Shown: positions 14,351 through 24,690, numbered from the stretch's first letter. The stretch: DNA of 64,000 nucleotides from an uncultured delta proteobacterium (GCA_963713045.1 CAVQKE010000004.1:864001-928000), one strand, 5' to 3'. A program made the numbers and translations. Notes: generated from the sequence alone by a model not told the origin.

Positions 14351-15331
14351 GTGAACTCTCCCGTCGTCCCCCTCCCAATGCCGCTGGCCAGCACGGCGGC
14401 CCAGTCGGCGCTGGTTCGCGTCGCCGACGCGCTCTCCGAAGTGGTGGCTGGTAAACGCCAGCAAATTCAATTGGCCCTGACCTGTGTGGTGGCCGGGGGC
14501 CACCTCCTCTTGGAGGACATTCCAGGCGTCGGGAAGACCACTCTGGCCGATGCGCTCGCCCGTGCTTTGGGGCTGACGTTCGCCCGCATCCAATTTACCG
14601 CGGACCTCATGCCCGCCGACGTGACCGGCGTTCAAGTCTTCTCGGCGGCCAACACTGCCTTCCACTTCCGCCCGGGCCCCCTGTTTCGCTCGCTGGTGCT
14701 TGCCGACGAGCTCAACCGCGCACCACCCCGCACCCAGTCGGCACTCCTCGAGGCGATGGGGCACGGCCACGTCACGGTGGACGGCGTGACCCATCCCCTG
14801 CCCCGGCCGTTCCTGGTGGTGGCCACTCAAAATCCGCTCGACCTCTCGGGCACCTACCCGCTTCCTGACGCCCAGCTCGACCGCTTCCTGCTCCGGCTGA
14901 CTCTCGGGCACCCTCCGCCGGCGGTGGAGGCGGCGCTGCTCGCTTCGCGCGGGCTTCGCCACCCGCTGGAGGCCCTGCACCCGGTGCTGGACACCGAGCA
15001 CGTTCTCCGGCTGCAAGCCCGCGCCGCGGAGCTGCACGTGGATGCGGTCGTCGCGCGCTATGCAGTGGCCTTGGTGGGTGCCACCCGACAACATCCGCAG
15101 CTCGAGCGCGGGGCCTCGACTCGGGCCGCGCTCTCGCTGATGGCGGCCGCCAAGGCGCATGCCCTCTGGGAGGGACGGGACTTCGTCACGCCGGGCGATG
15201 TCACCAGCCTGGTGGTACCGGCCTTGGCCCACCGGGTCGCGCTTCGCAGCGGCGCGCAGGGAGCGGCGGCCCGCGAAGAGGCGGCGGAGCTCTTGGCCGA
15301 AGTCGTCCGGTCCACGCCTCCTCCGCGATGA
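14351..15331 (+). CDS. moxR: MoxR family AAA+ ATPase (alternative start 14378)
   Basis: GHLLLEDIPGVGKT, FTADLMPADVTG, LADELNRAPPRTQSALLEAM, ATQNP, LDRF. Confidence 0.93.
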   Translation: MNSPVVPLPMPLASTAAQSALVRVADALSEVVAGKRQQIQLALTCVVAGGHLLLEDIPGVGKTTLADALARALGLTFARIQFTADLMPADVTGVQVFSAANTAFHFRPGPLFRSLVLADELNRAPPRTQSALLEAMGHGHVTVDGVTHPLPRPFLVVATQNPLDLSGTYPLPDAQLDRFLLRLTLGHPPPAVEAALLASRGLRHPLEALHPVLDTEHVLRLQARAAELHVDAVVARYAVALVGATRQHPQLERGASTRAALSLMAAAKAHALWEGRDFVTPGDVTSLVVPALAHRVALRSGAQGAAAREEAAELLAEVVRSTPPPR

Positions 15332-16278
15332 GGTGGCCGCAGGTGCTGAAGTGGGTGGGCCGCCGGTTCAAGCCGCCGCGTACCCTCCGCATCACGCGCG
15401 CCGGACGCACCCACCTGGTCCTCACCATGGGGATTGGGCTCGGGGCGCTGAATACCGGGAACAATTTGCTTTACCTGGTCCTCGGAGTGCAGCTCGCCAC
15501 CATCGTCGCCTCAGGCATTCTCAGCGAGGCCTGCCTGCGGGGACTGGAGGTTCGCCGGCTGGGGACTGAGGCCGCCTTTGCCGGTGAGCCTTTCTTCTTC
15601 CGCTGGGCCGTGTCACGGCGCCGAGGGAGCTCCTTCGTCCTCACCTTTGCCGAGACTCACCCCGAGCTCGAGGGCTCGGCCGTCCTGGCGCTGCTCCGAC
15701 CGGGCGAGGAGGTGGTAGTCCGGGCCCGACTGGTGGCACCGCATCGCGGTCCCTACGCACTCCGCGGAATTCAGGTGACCACCACTTTCCCGCTGGGGCT
15801 GTTTCGCAAAGGGCGGGTGTTGGACATCCCCGGCGAGCTGTTGGTCTACCCGCGCCGCGTCCCCGCACCGCGGGACGTGCCTCCACCGGACGGAGGTCGA
15901 GGGGAGCACGCCCCGCGCCGCTTTCGCCGGGAGGGCGACGGGGATACGGCTGGGTTGCGGGCGCTGCGCGAGGGCGAAGATGCGCGCCGCGTGCACTGGC
16001 TGAAGAGCGCTCTCGGCGGGCCGCTTCTGCGGGTGGAGCGCGACGCCGAGGAGGTGCGTTCGGTGGTGCTCACGCTGGACGTGGCGGCGCGTGGAGCGGC
16101 CCTGGAGCGCAGCTGTGAGGACGTCGCCGCTCGGGCGCGCGTGCTGCTGGCGAGCGGGGCGTCGGTGGGCCTGGAGGCGGGCCTGGACCGGCTTCGGCCG
16201 GACCAGGGACCCCGCCAGGAACGGCTGCTGCTCGGCGCCGTGGCCCGAGCTGGCTTCCAGGAGTCGGCCCCGAGATGA
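15328..16278 (+). CDS. DUF58 domain membrane protein
   Basis: GALNTGNNLLYL, TFPLGLF, LRALREGEDARRVHWLKS; ATGA overlap with moxR. Confidence 0.85.
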   Translation: MRWPQVLKWVGRRFKPPRTLRITRAGRTHLVLTMGIGLGALNTGNNLLYLVLGVQLATIVASGILSEACLRGLEVRRLGTEAAFAGEPFFFRWAVSRRRGSSFVLTFAETHPELEGSAVLALLRPGEEVVVRARLVAPHRGPYALRGIQVTTTFPLGLFRKGRVLDIPGELLVYPRRVPAPRDVPPPDGGRGEHAPRRFRREGDGDTAGLRALREGEDARRVHWLKSALGGPLLRVERDAEEVRSVVLTLDVAARGAALERSCEDVAARARVLLASGASVGLEAGLDRLRPDQGPRQERLLLGAVARAGFQESAPR

Positions 16279-18245
16279 CCGAGCGCGGCGTATACCGGCG
16301 ACGCGTCGTTCTCCGGGACTTGGGCGCCGCGTGCGCCTTTCTGGCGATGAGTTTGTCGGGGCAGGTGCCTAGCTGGACGGCCGCACTCTTCGTCGCCGCG
16401 CTGGGCCTGGCTCTCTTGGACGTACGTCCCTTTGCCCAGCATGCGCGCGAGAGCGCGCTGCTTCTGCTCGGTAGCGTCGTCGTGCTGTGGGCCATGGTGG
16501 CCACCGGCCGGATGGACGTGGTGGTGGCCGCCTGCGCCTGTGCCGCCCTGCTCACCTCACAACGGATGCTGTCTGGCCACAACGCCGCGGTCGACCAGCA
16601 GGTGGCCCTCTCTGGACTGCTGATGCTGTCTGGCGGCGCCGCGCTCTCCGCCGACCTCGCCTTTCTGCCCTGTCTCTTCGGCTACACCCTGTGCACCAGC
16701 CTCGCCTTGGCCCTGGGCGAGGTGGAACGGGCCTCCCCGGCGGGAGCTGCCCCCCCGATGTCCCCGGCGGTCCGGGCTGCCTTCGCGTTGACGGCGGTGG
16801 CAATTCTCGGTGGCGCCGTCTTCTTCTTTACCTTTCCGCGACTCTCCTGGAGCCTGGCGCTGCGCCGTAGCAGCAGCTCCTTCGGCGGAGCCGTGGTCGG
16901 GCTGAGCGACCGGGTCCGCCTCGGGGGGAGCGGGGAGTTGAAGTCCAACCCACGCATCGTGCTGCGGGCTGCACTGGAGCCGGACCCGGAGGTGGAGACC
17001 CTCGGTGCGTATTGGGTGGCCTACCACTTCGACACCTTTGATGGCGTGGAGTGGCATGGGCAAGGTCGCCCCGGCCAGCCCAAACAACGCCTGACCCTCA
17101 GCCCGGGCGGCAGCCACCTGCTTTCCCAGCACATTGAATTGCTTCCGGCCTACGGGAGCCGGACGGCGGTTGCCATCGACCACCCGGTGCAGCTCTCGCT
17201 GGCGACGGCCCAATTCCCATCCTACAGCGTGCACACTGGGCTGGTTCCCATGGGCGACGAGTCGGTCCGCTTCGACGCCGCATCCAGCGGCTTCAGCTAC
17301 TACGCCTACAGCGTCTCGAGCAGCCGCCCTGCGGAAAACGACGCCGCCACCCTGAAGCGTCGCCTGCAGCTGCCGCCACACCTCGACCCACGCGTTCCGG
17401 CGCTCGCCCGCGAGGTGGCCGGGACTGCCAGCGATCCGGCCCAGGTGGCTCGACGACTGGAGCAGGGCCTTCAGCGCCGCTACCGCTATACCCTGGACTT
17501 GCCGGGTCCGGTGCAAGACCCGCTGGCTGACTTCCTCTTTCAGCGTCGAGCTGGACACTGCGAGGACTTCGCCACGGCGTTGGCCATCCTCCTGAGGACG
17601 ATGGGAATACCGAGCCGCGTGGTGACCGGCTTCTACGGCGGCGAGCGCGCCGCCAATGAATATGTGGTGCGTGCCGGAGACGCGCACGTCTGGGTGGAGG
17701 CAGACTTGGCCGGCGGTGTCCTGCGGCTGGACGCCACGCCACCCGAGCACCGTTCCGCGGTCAGTTCCGGGATGCTGTCCTGGCTGCTGCGGGCCTACGA
17801 AGGCCTGGAGGTCCGCTGGTTGAACGACGTGGTCGACTACTCCTTCGCCGACCAGGTCACTTTCCTCCGCGGCGTCGGCGCACGACGGGAGCACGTGCAA
17901 CGGCGCTCCGAGCCGATGCCCTGGGGTTGGCTCGGCGGACTCGGCGTCCTGGCGCTGGGGACGCTAGCGGTGGTCCTGCTTTGGCGCCGAAGGCGGGATG
18001 AGGCCCACCGTCTGGGTGAGGACTTGCACCGGCTCGCCTCTCGCGGCGGACTGTTGGCAGCCGAGCGCTGGCTGGAGGAGCTGCCCGCGGGCCCCGGTCA
18101 GGTGCCTGAGCCTTTGAGGCGAGGCGTCGCGCGTTACCTGGAAGCGCGCTTCGGCAACTACCCCCTCCGGCCGGGTGAGCGCCGGGCGCTGGTCGACGCC
18201 GCGCGCGCCTCGCTGCGGCCTCCCCGCGCCTCGGCCAACCCCTAG
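16275..18245 (+). CDS. Membrane transglutaminase-like protein (TgpA/DUF3488 type)
   Basis: N-terminal TM helices, FDTFDGVEW, catalytic triad GHCEDFA / AHVWVE / LDATP. Confidence 0.88.
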   Translation: MTERGVYRRRVVLRDLGAACAFLAMSLSGQVPSWTAALFVAALGLALLDVRPFAQHARESALLLLGSVVVLWAMVATGRMDVVVAACACAALLTSQRMLSGHNAAVDQQVALSGLLMLSGGAALSADLAFLPCLFGYTLCTSLALALGEVERASPAGAAPPMSPAVRAAFALTAVAILGGAVFFFTFPRLSWSLALRRSSSSFGGAVVGLSDRVRLGGSGELKSNPRIVLRAALEPDPEVETLGAYWVAYHFDTFDGVEWHGQGRPGQPKQRLTLSPGGSHLLSQHIELLPAYGSRTAVAIDHPVQLSLATAQFPSYSVHTGLVPMGDESVRFDAASSGFSYYAYSVSSSRPAENDAATLKRRLQLPPHLDPRVPALAREVAGTASDPAQVARRLEQGLQRRYRYTLDLPGPVQDPLADFLFQRRAGHCEDFATALAILLRTMGIPSRVVTGFYGGERAANEYVVRAGDAHVWVEADLAGGVLRLDATPPEHRSAVSSGMLSWLLRAYEGLEVRWLNDVVDYSFADQVTFLRGVGARREHVQRRSEPMPWGWLGGLGVLALGTLAVVLLWRRRRDEAHRLGEDLHRLASRGGLLAAERWLEELPAGPGQVPEPLRRGVARYLEARFGNYPLRPGERRALVDAARASLRPPRASANP

Positions 18246-18335
18246 GGTGGCGCTGACCCGCTTGCCCTGCGCCGGGCCCAACCGCCCGCGTCGGTTTGGG
18301 CGGCCAGGGGTGGAGCGACTAGACTACCGTCCTGC

Positions 18336-20117
18336 ATGCCCGAAGCGACCCCAGCCGAGGCGCGGCCCCCTGAAGTGGCGGCGCCGCCGGTGGACCCTCT
18401 CGACGATGAGCGCAACCGCCAGCGCCTGGAGGTGGCCAAGGCCTTTGCCTTCCATCTCCTCAAAGGCATCAAGCAGATTGGGATGTACCGACACAACGAG
18501 ACCCGGTACGGCGAGTACTTGCAGAAGTCACACGACGCCGTTCGCGCCTACACCGAGACCTTCGGGCCGCTCACTTTCAAAGTCGACCAGCAGAACTTCC
18601 TGCTGTTGGACCAGGAGTTGTTCCCGGAGGAGACCAACCTCCCGTTTAAGTTCTGGCGAGACGGAATTCGTCAGTTCATCTTCCGACAAGGGCTCCGCCT
18701 CGACGAATTGGTCACCTTCACCCTGGTCGCGCTGTCCGATGTCGATAAACAGGGGGAGGATACCGTCGCTCAGCTGTGGCGGGCCCCGCTCGACCATCTC
18801 GAGTACGTGGTGGTCGAGGGCTTCCATGTCGACGGCTTCGACGACGAGACGGTCAAGGTCGAGGTCGAGAAAATCATCGACTTCCTCTATCTGCGGCTTC
18901 GAAGCCACACCGATGACTTCATGCGGTTTGCCCGTGTGACGGCCTCGGACCTGGACATCAAAATGGAAGGGGTCGAGCAGGTGCGCGGCGCGGTCATCGC
19001 TGGTGAGACGGCCAGCGATGACTTGAAAGTCCGCATGCAGCGGGAAATCGCCGAAGAGGAGAACAGTCGCCTCTTTCCCAAACTGGTGGCGGGCATCTTT
19101 CAAGTGGCCGAAACCGGCGTCGATGACCCGGCGCTCCTCGAGGAGATGTTCCTGCAACTCTTGGACGCCCTGTTGCTGCAGGAGGACTTCGCCACCATCA
19201 ACCAAATCGTCCTCAAGTTCGCCGCGATGGAAGAGCGGCCGAACATGGCCGCGATGCGGGAGTTGAAACAGACCTTCATTGCGAAGATGGGCGAGGAGCA
19301 ACGGCTGACCCGCATCGGCGATGTGCTGCGCGCCGGTCGCCTTCGCTCGCCCCAGGATGTCTCCCGGTACCTTTTGGCGCTGAATCCCTCGGTGGTGCCC
19401 AGCCTGCTCGCGGTACTCGAGACGATCGAGGTCACCGAGCACCGCGTCTTGCTGTGCGACGTGCTGGCGGAGTTTGCACGGTCCCGGCCCGCCGACGTCA
19501 TCGACCGGCTGTCCTCGGAGCGCCCGCAGACGGTGCGGGACATGGTTTACATTTTGGAGCGAGCTCAGGTGCAGGACCGCCTGAAACTGTTCGCCCGGGT
19601 GCTCCGCCATAAGAATCTGGCGGTTCGCCTCGAGGTGATGAACATCATCGCCCGGGGGCGCAGCAACGAGTCGCGGAAGCTCATCGCCCAGGCTCTCAAA
19701 GACGAGAACGTCCAGGTCCGGATGCTCGCCGCGCGGCTGCTCCCGGAATACGACCGCGACCAAGCCTACCTGGAGTTGTTGTTTCATATTCGCCACCGAG
19801 AATTCCGCCGGCGTACCGCTGAGGAGCGGGCAGCCTTCTATACGGCGCTCGGCAGTACCGGCATTCCGGCCGCCGTCTCGTTGATGCAGCAGATGCTGGC
19901 TGCCCGCTCGCGCCTGTGGAACCGGCGCCGCGTCCTCGACGAGAAGCTCCTCGCGGTGCACGGCCTGGCCGGGGTGCTGTCCATCCAGTCCTACAAGGCC
20001 TTGCAGCAGCTGACCGAGGACAACTCTCAGCCTCCCGAAGTGATGTCCACCGCGCGACGAGCCCTGGCCGAAACACGACGCGCCCTGTTCGGCGGCGCGC
20101 CAGCAAAGTCCGCCTGA
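18336..20117 (+). CDS. HEAT-repeat protein
   Basis: All-helical; C-terminal HEAT-like units (LRHKNLAVRLEVM, LKDENVQVRMLAARLL); strong GC3 codon bias. Confidence 0.75.
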   Translation: MPEATPAEARPPEVAAPPVDPLDDERNRQRLEVAKAFAFHLLKGIKQIGMYRHNETRYGEYLQKSHDAVRAYTETFGPLTFKVDQQNFLLLDQELFPEETNLPFKFWRDGIRQFIFRQGLRLDELVTFTLVALSDVDKQGEDTVAQLWRAPLDHLEYVVVEGFHVDGFDDETVKVEVEKIIDFLYLRLRSHTDDFMRFARVTASDLDIKMEGVEQVRGAVIAGETASDDLKVRMQREIAEEENSRLFPKLVAGIFQVAETGVDDPALLEEMFLQLLDALLLQEDFATINQIVLKFAAMEERPNMAAMRELKQTFIAKMGEEQRLTRIGDVLRAGRLRSPQDVSRYLLALNPSVVPSLLAVLETIEVTEHRVLLCDVLAEFARSRPADVIDRLSSERPQTVRDMVYILERAQVQDRLKLFARVLRHKNLAVRLEVMNIIARGRSNESRKLIAQALKDENVQVRMLAARLLPEYDRDQAYLELLFHIRHREFRRRTAEERAAFYTALGSTGIPAAVSLMQQMLAARSRLWNRRRVLDEKLLAVHGLAGVLSIQSYKALQQLTEDNSQPPEVMSTARRALAETRRALFGGAPAKSA

Positions 20118-20124
20118 GAAGAAC

Positions 20125-21435
20125 GTGGCCGAGAACCTGAAAATCGCCAACGCGCGAACCGACAACCTGGTCGACTTCGGCCGGGAGCATTCGGAGAAGC
20201 TTCAGAACCTATCGCGCTCGGTGCTTTCGACTCTCTACATGCTGGTCCGAAGCGCGAAAATGTACGACCCGGACAACGCCGTCTTCGACCGGCCGCTGAT
20301 GACGCTCCAGGACGGCATCAACGCCATCATCGCGCGCGAGGGCCGCTTCGAGTTGATGGGCATCAAAAACTCCTTTTACGTCAACAGCATGCTGGTGAAG
20401 GTCGACTTCAACGCGGTGGACAACATCCGCTACCTGCTCGACGAACTGCGGGGCAAGGACGTCGGTGGCTTCGAGCTCGGCAAGCAAGTGCAGATTGCCG
20501 AGCTCAAGAATTTCATTTGGATTTTCGCCCAGGACACGGCGGACCCCATCGACGAAGCCGGGCTTGGTGCCCGAAAGCTTGTCGAGATCCGCATTGCTCG
20601 CTGGTCAAAGCTGAAGGAGAAGCTGGACAAGGAAAAGCTCGATGAAGACCAGAAGGTGGACCGGAAGAAATATGCCATCACCGTCTACGCCCGGTCGGTC
20701 TTCTTCATTGGCAAATACATGGAGTCGGTCAGGAAAGGGCACCCGCTCGCCACGCGTGTTGCGGTGCGGCTGGTCCAGGACTTCGTCGACATCTGCTTCG
20801 AGCAATCGGTCCACTTCCTAGGGCTCACCACCATGCGCCGGGAGGAGGAGTACCTGGTCTACCACCAAGTCAACACCTGCCTTCTGGCCATCATTTTTGG
20901 AGCCGAGCTGGGCCTCACCAAGTCCCAGCTACGGGACCTCGGCTTCATCGCCCTCTTTCACGATTCGGGAATGGCAACCATCCCCGAGGGCCTCTCGGAA
21001 AAACACGGGGGCCTCAACGCCGAAGAGCGGGCGCTGGTCAACAAGGCCCCGCTGGTCAGCGTGCGGATGATTCTGATGGAGAAAGGCTTCTCCCGCACCA
21101 CCCTGCACCGGGTGGTGACCACCCTCGAATACAAAACGGATTTCGGGACCGCGGTCCGTGATGCGCGCGGCAACATTCAGATGATTATTCCCAAGTCCTC
21201 CCTCGGCCTCTATGCCAAGGTCATCGCCATCTGCGCCAGCTACGACGCCCTCACCAGCAAGCGGCCCTTTCGCGAGGCCTATGGGCCCGAGGTGGCGCTG
21301 ATGCTGATGTGGTCCGAGCTTCGACACAAATTCGACCCGGACCTACTCAAGGTCTTCATGAAGGTGCTCGCCATCCAACCAGTGAAGATTCTCTCGCGCC
21401 GTCAGCAGGGTCCAATGACGATGGGTGGCGTCTAA
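20125..21435 (+). CDS. HD-GYP-like protein, catalytically degenerate
   Basis: YHQVNTCLL, ALFHDSG, YDALTSKRPFR and KFDPDLL are present; HHE and GYP motifs are missing. Confidence 0.8.
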   Translation: MAENLKIANARTDNLVDFGREHSEKLQNLSRSVLSTLYMLVRSAKMYDPDNAVFDRPLMTLQDGINAIIAREGRFELMGIKNSFYVNSMLVKVDFNAVDNIRYLLDELRGKDVGGFELGKQVQIAELKNFIWIFAQDTADPIDEAGLGARKLVEIRIARWSKLKEKLDKEKLDEDQKVDRKKYAITVYARSVFFIGKYMESVRKGHPLATRVAVRLVQDFVDICFEQSVHFLGLTTMRREEEYLVYHQVNTCLLAIIFGAELGLTKSQLRDLGFIALFHDSGMATIPEGLSEKHGGLNAEERALVNKAPLVSVRMILMEKGFSRTTLHRVVTTLEYKTDFGTAVRDARGNIQMIIPKSSLGLYAKVIAICASYDALTSKRPFREAYGPEVALMLMWSELRHKFDPDLLKVFMKVLAIQPVKILSRRQQGPMTMGGV

Positions 21436-22364
21436 GGCGGCTCGCCCTCCCGGAGGCTCTCCACCGCCACCCGTAAGTCCAGCGGCACGGGCGCCTCGAA
21501 GCACTGCCAGGCGCCGGTGCGCGGGTGGGGAAAGGCGAGCCGCCAGGCATGCAGCGCCTGGCGCCCGAGCGCCGTTTGCACGGCCTTCACGCGCGCGTCA
21601 CCCCGGCGCGTACCGCCGTACAGTGAATCTCCCAGAAGCGGGTGGCCAGCCTCGGCGAGGTGCACGCGAATCTGGTGCGTGCGCCCGGTGAGGAGTTCCA
21701 CCTGCAGAAGCGCCGCGCCGTGCAGCCATTCAAGAACGCGGTATTCGGTAAGCGCCGGCTTGCCGGTCACCAGCCGGCCGGTGAAGCGCTGACGGTGGCG
21801 CGGGTGCCGCCCATAGGACGTCTGAAGGCGAGCCGACTTGGGGGGTTGTCCGTGGACGAGGGCAAGGTACGTCTTCTGCACCTGACGCGCCTTGAAGGCC
21901 GCCTGCAGGGCCGTCAGGGCATTGTCGCTCTTCGCCACCACCAGGCACCCCGACGTGTCCTTGTCGAGGCGGTGGACCAAGCCCGGGCGCAGGCTGCCCC
22001 CCACGCCCCGAAAGTCTCCCACGTGGTGCAACAGCGCATTCACCAGCGTCCCACGCGTGTGGCCCGCCGCCGGATGGACCACCATCCCAGCTGCCTTGTC
22101 CAGCACCAGCAGGTCACGGTCCTGAAAGAGGACGCTGAGCGGGAGGTCCTCAGGCTGCGGGTGGGCTGGCGCTGGAGAGGGAACGATGACTTCCACCCGC
22201 TCCCCGCCCGCCACCCGAGTCGAGCTTTTGGCCACCCGTCCGTCAACTCGCGCGTGTCCCTCCCGAATCAGGGCTTGAAGCCGAGCGCGACTCAGCTCCG
22301 GGAAGGCCTCGACCAGAGCTTGGTCGAGGCGGCGCCCGCGCGCCGATGCCGGCAGCTGGGCCAC
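21432..22364 (-). CDS. rluD: RluA-family 23S rRNA pseudouridine synthase with S4 domain; start uncertain (up to 22457)
   Basis: RLDQAL S4 domain, DKAAGMVVHP, VHRLDKDTSG (catalytic Asp), TGRTHQIRVH. Confidence 0.9.
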   Translation of the reverse strand: MAQLPASARGRRLDQALVEAFPELSRARLQALIREGHARVDGRVAKSSTRVAGGERVEVIVPSPAPAHPQPEDLPLSVLFQDRDLLVLDKAAGMVVHPAAGHTRGTLVNALLHHVGDFRGVGGSLRPGLVHRLDKDTSGCLVVAKSDNALTALQAAFKARQVQKTYLALVHGQPPKSARLQTSYGRHPRHRQRFTGRLVTGKPALTEYRVLEWLHGAALLQVELLTGRTHQIRVHLAEAGHPLLGDSLYGGTRRGDARVKAVQTALGRQALHAWRLAFPHPRTGAWQCFEAPVPLDLRVAVESLREGEPP

Positions 22365-22450
22365 TCGCTGAGTGGAATTTCCCGGCTCCTCTCGGGTGGA
22401 GGCCTGTCGACGCGCTTTGTGGCCAGCGGAGGGCGGTCGGGGAATGGCCG

Positions 22451-22714
22451 CTACCAAATTTTGGATTTCACGTGGGCCTTCCCTCGGACGATGATGTCCA
22501 CCACGGCCCGCTCGAAGAAGTTGGTGCCGCTGAAGACCTCCGGGCTGACCCGACTGCGGTAGAGGTCTCGACCCTCGTCGAGCTCGCCCTTCAGCACGTC
22601 AAAAAGGTTGTCCTGCTCGATGCCCTTGACGATTTTCTGCTCGTTGTAGAGCGAAATGTCGGAAGCGATGGCACGGGCGAGCCGCTGGGCCTTGGTGCGC
22701 TCTTCGTCAGTCAT
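22451..22714 (-). CDS. Small hypothetical protein (87 aa)
   Basis: Compact, well-biased ORF (KAQRLARAIASDISLYNE...) with a purine-rich SD region; fills the gap within the operon. Confidence 0.8.
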   Translation of the reverse strand: MTDEERTKAQRLARAIASDISLYNEQKIVKGIEQDNLFDVLKGELDEGRDLYRSRVSPEVFSGTNFFERAVVDIIVRGKAHVKSKIW

Positions 22715-22733
22715 CGGTCGATTCTCTCTTTTC

Positions 22734-23627
22734 TCACGGTTGGGGCCGCCCTGACCGTGCTGCCAACAGCAGATAGCTCTTACTGACCCGAGCCGCGTCG
22801 AGCTTCAATTCGCGCGCCAGGTTCATCAGGATGCCTCGAAGGTACACCGAAGGCGGCAGGTCCGCGTAGCGGTCGGCCTCGACGCGCTCCAGATGCGAGC
22901 GGCCGATGCGCGTCCGCTCGGCAACCTGTTGCAAAGTCAGCCCTCGGGCCTCTCGGACTTGGCGCAGCAGCTCCCCATTAAACTCCACGTCCGGCGGAAG
23001 CTCCGGCATTCGCGGGCGCTCCTGTGGCGGCGCAGCCAGGGACTCGGGGGCAGCCTCGCGCTCGCCTGGGGTCCTCGGCGCAGCTGGCGCGGCCCGTGGC
23101 GAGACAGCGTCGGGAGGCGAGACGCTGGGAGAAGGCAGGCCCGGCGGCCTCTGGGCGAAGGGGCGACCGAAGGCGCGCGACGTCCCCCGCCCTGGGGCGT
23201 CGAGCGGCAAGGAGGCTTGCGCCCGCTCGACGGGCGCTTGCGTCGGGGTGGCTTCAAGGCGGGCCGACTCGGTGCGCGGGTAAGGACCTGCGGAGAGTCC
23301 CTGCCCGTCGGCTTCGGCGAGCTGCGTCTCCTCTTCGTCCTCGTCCTCATCCCAAAGCCGGTCGCCTTCGGCCGGGGCCTCCGCCTCCAGGCCGAGCATC
23401 CGGTCGTAGCCAGCACGCGCGGCCGGGTCGAGCAACACCCGCGCCGCCTCCTGGAGCCGGCGGCGCAGCGCCTCAGCTTGTTCCTCGTCGGCCAGCGCGT
23501 ACAAGGCCACCGAGTCGGGGGCACACGCCTCCAACTCCCGGCGCAGGGCAGCGCGTACCTCTTCAGCGGGCGCGGACCGCTGCACCTCCAGAAGCTCGTA
23601 GTACGTCTGTTCGCGGAAAGACTTCAT
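22734..23627 (-). CDS. J-domain-like N-terminus plus RodZ-type HTH C-terminus
   Basis: TYYELLEV...APD...VLLDPAARAGYD (J-like, HPD changed to APD); [24 protein letters not shown]...LPPSVYLRG (HTH_25-like). Confidence 0.8.
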   Translation of the reverse strand: MKSFREQTYYELLEVQRSAPAEEVRAALRRELEACAPDSVALYALADEEQAEALRRRLQEAARVLLDPAARAGYDRMLGLEAEAPAEGDRLWDEDEDEEETQLAEADGQGLSAGPYPRTESARLEATPTQAPVERAQASLPLDAPGRGTSRAFGRPFAQRPPGLPSPSVSPPDAVSPRAAPAAPRTPGEREAAPESLAAPPQERPRMPELPPDVEFNGELLRQVREARGLTLQQVAERTRIGRSHLERVEADRYADLPPSVYLRGILMNLARELKLDAARVSKSYLLLAARSGRPQP

Positions 23628-24640
23628 GTCGAAGCTGGCTTCGGGTCCAGCGCGACCAGTCGCGAAGCCACCACGGTGATTTGCCGGGCCGCTTCGGAGT
23701 CCGGAGTCTCGACCAGCAGCGCCCGCCGTTTGCGCACTGCGCGCCAGGCCGCGTCGTCGTAGGGGATGCCCCCCAGGTAGTCCATCTCCAGTCCAAAAAA
23801 CTTCTTCCAGGCTGAGGCGACAGCCGGCCCCACGGACTCATCCGCCGGGGCGCGCACTTGGTTGACCACCAGCTTCACCCGGTAAGCCTGAAGCGACATC
23901 GCCAGGGCATCGGCGGCGGCGCTGTCCGTCGCTCGCACGTGCGCCACCACCTCGGCGGGAGTGCGCAGCGCGCTGTCCCGGCTTCCCAAGGCACCCTCGG
24001 CCAGCTGCTCCACGCCCAACTCACGCGCCAGTTGCTGCAGACGGCGAAAGAGGGAGGCTTTGAGGAAGCGGTAGGTATTTTCGACGGACGTCGGCTCCGG
24101 CAACACCACCAGAATGCCGTGGTCGGCGAGCAGGAAGAAGTCCAGGGTGTGCACCCCGGTTCCTGCGCCGAGGTCCAACAGAAGGTAGTCGACGTCCTGC
24201 GCCTGGAGTTCCTCGAGGAGCTTGGCGCGTACCTTGGCCCGAGGATTGGCGGCATCCAGCGCGTCCAAGGCCCCCGAAACCAGCGTCAGGCGTTCAATGC
24301 CGGTGGGCACGGCCAGCTTTGCCAGTGGGACGCCGCGGAGCACGAAGTCTGACAGGGTGGCAGCCGGCTGCGGCACTCCGAGGCAGGTGTGCAGGTTGGC
24401 GCCCCCGAGGTCGGCATCGACCAGCAACACCGTATGTCCGGCTCGGGCGAGCGCGATGCCGACGTTGGCCGCCACCAGGCTTTTGCCGATGCCGCCTTTG
24501 CCACCGCCGAAGGCGACGATGCGACGCGCGCGACGGCTGGTCGGCGTCAGGGGGGGAGCCGCCGGGCCCTCGAGGCCAACCCCGCCCCGAGCGGGGCGCC
24601 CGCGCAAGTCAACGACGTTGTTCAGCCCGAAGCGTTTCAC
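23624..24640 (-). CDS. MinD/FlhG-like P-loop ATPase
   Basis: Deviant Walker A GGKGGIGKS, DADLGGANL, DLGAG, PEPTS, VVNQV. Confidence 0.88.
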   Translation of the reverse strand: MKRFGLNNVVDLRGRPARGGVGLEGPAAPPLTPTSRRARRIVAFGGGKGGIGKSLVAANVGIALARAGHTVLLVDADLGGANLHTCLGVPQPAATLSDFVLRGVPLAKLAVPTGIERLTLVSGALDALDAANPRAKVRAKLLEELQAQDVDYLLLDLGAGTGVHTLDFFLLADHGILVVLPEPTSVENTYRFLKASLFRRLQQLARELGVEQLAEGALGSRDSALRTPAEVVAHVRATDSAAADALAMSLQAYRVKLVVNQVRAPADESVGPAVASAWKKFFGLEMDYLGGIPYDDAAWRAVRKRRALLVETPDSEAARQITVVASRLVALDPKPAST

Positions 24641-24690
24641 CGGTGGCGCCTTCCAAGTCTAGAGGAGCCCGACCACCCGGCGCCAGGAAG

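Noticed and set aside
14351..18245. MoxR-DUF58-transglutaminase triad as a novel system
   Set aside because: A widespread, previously described gene arrangement.
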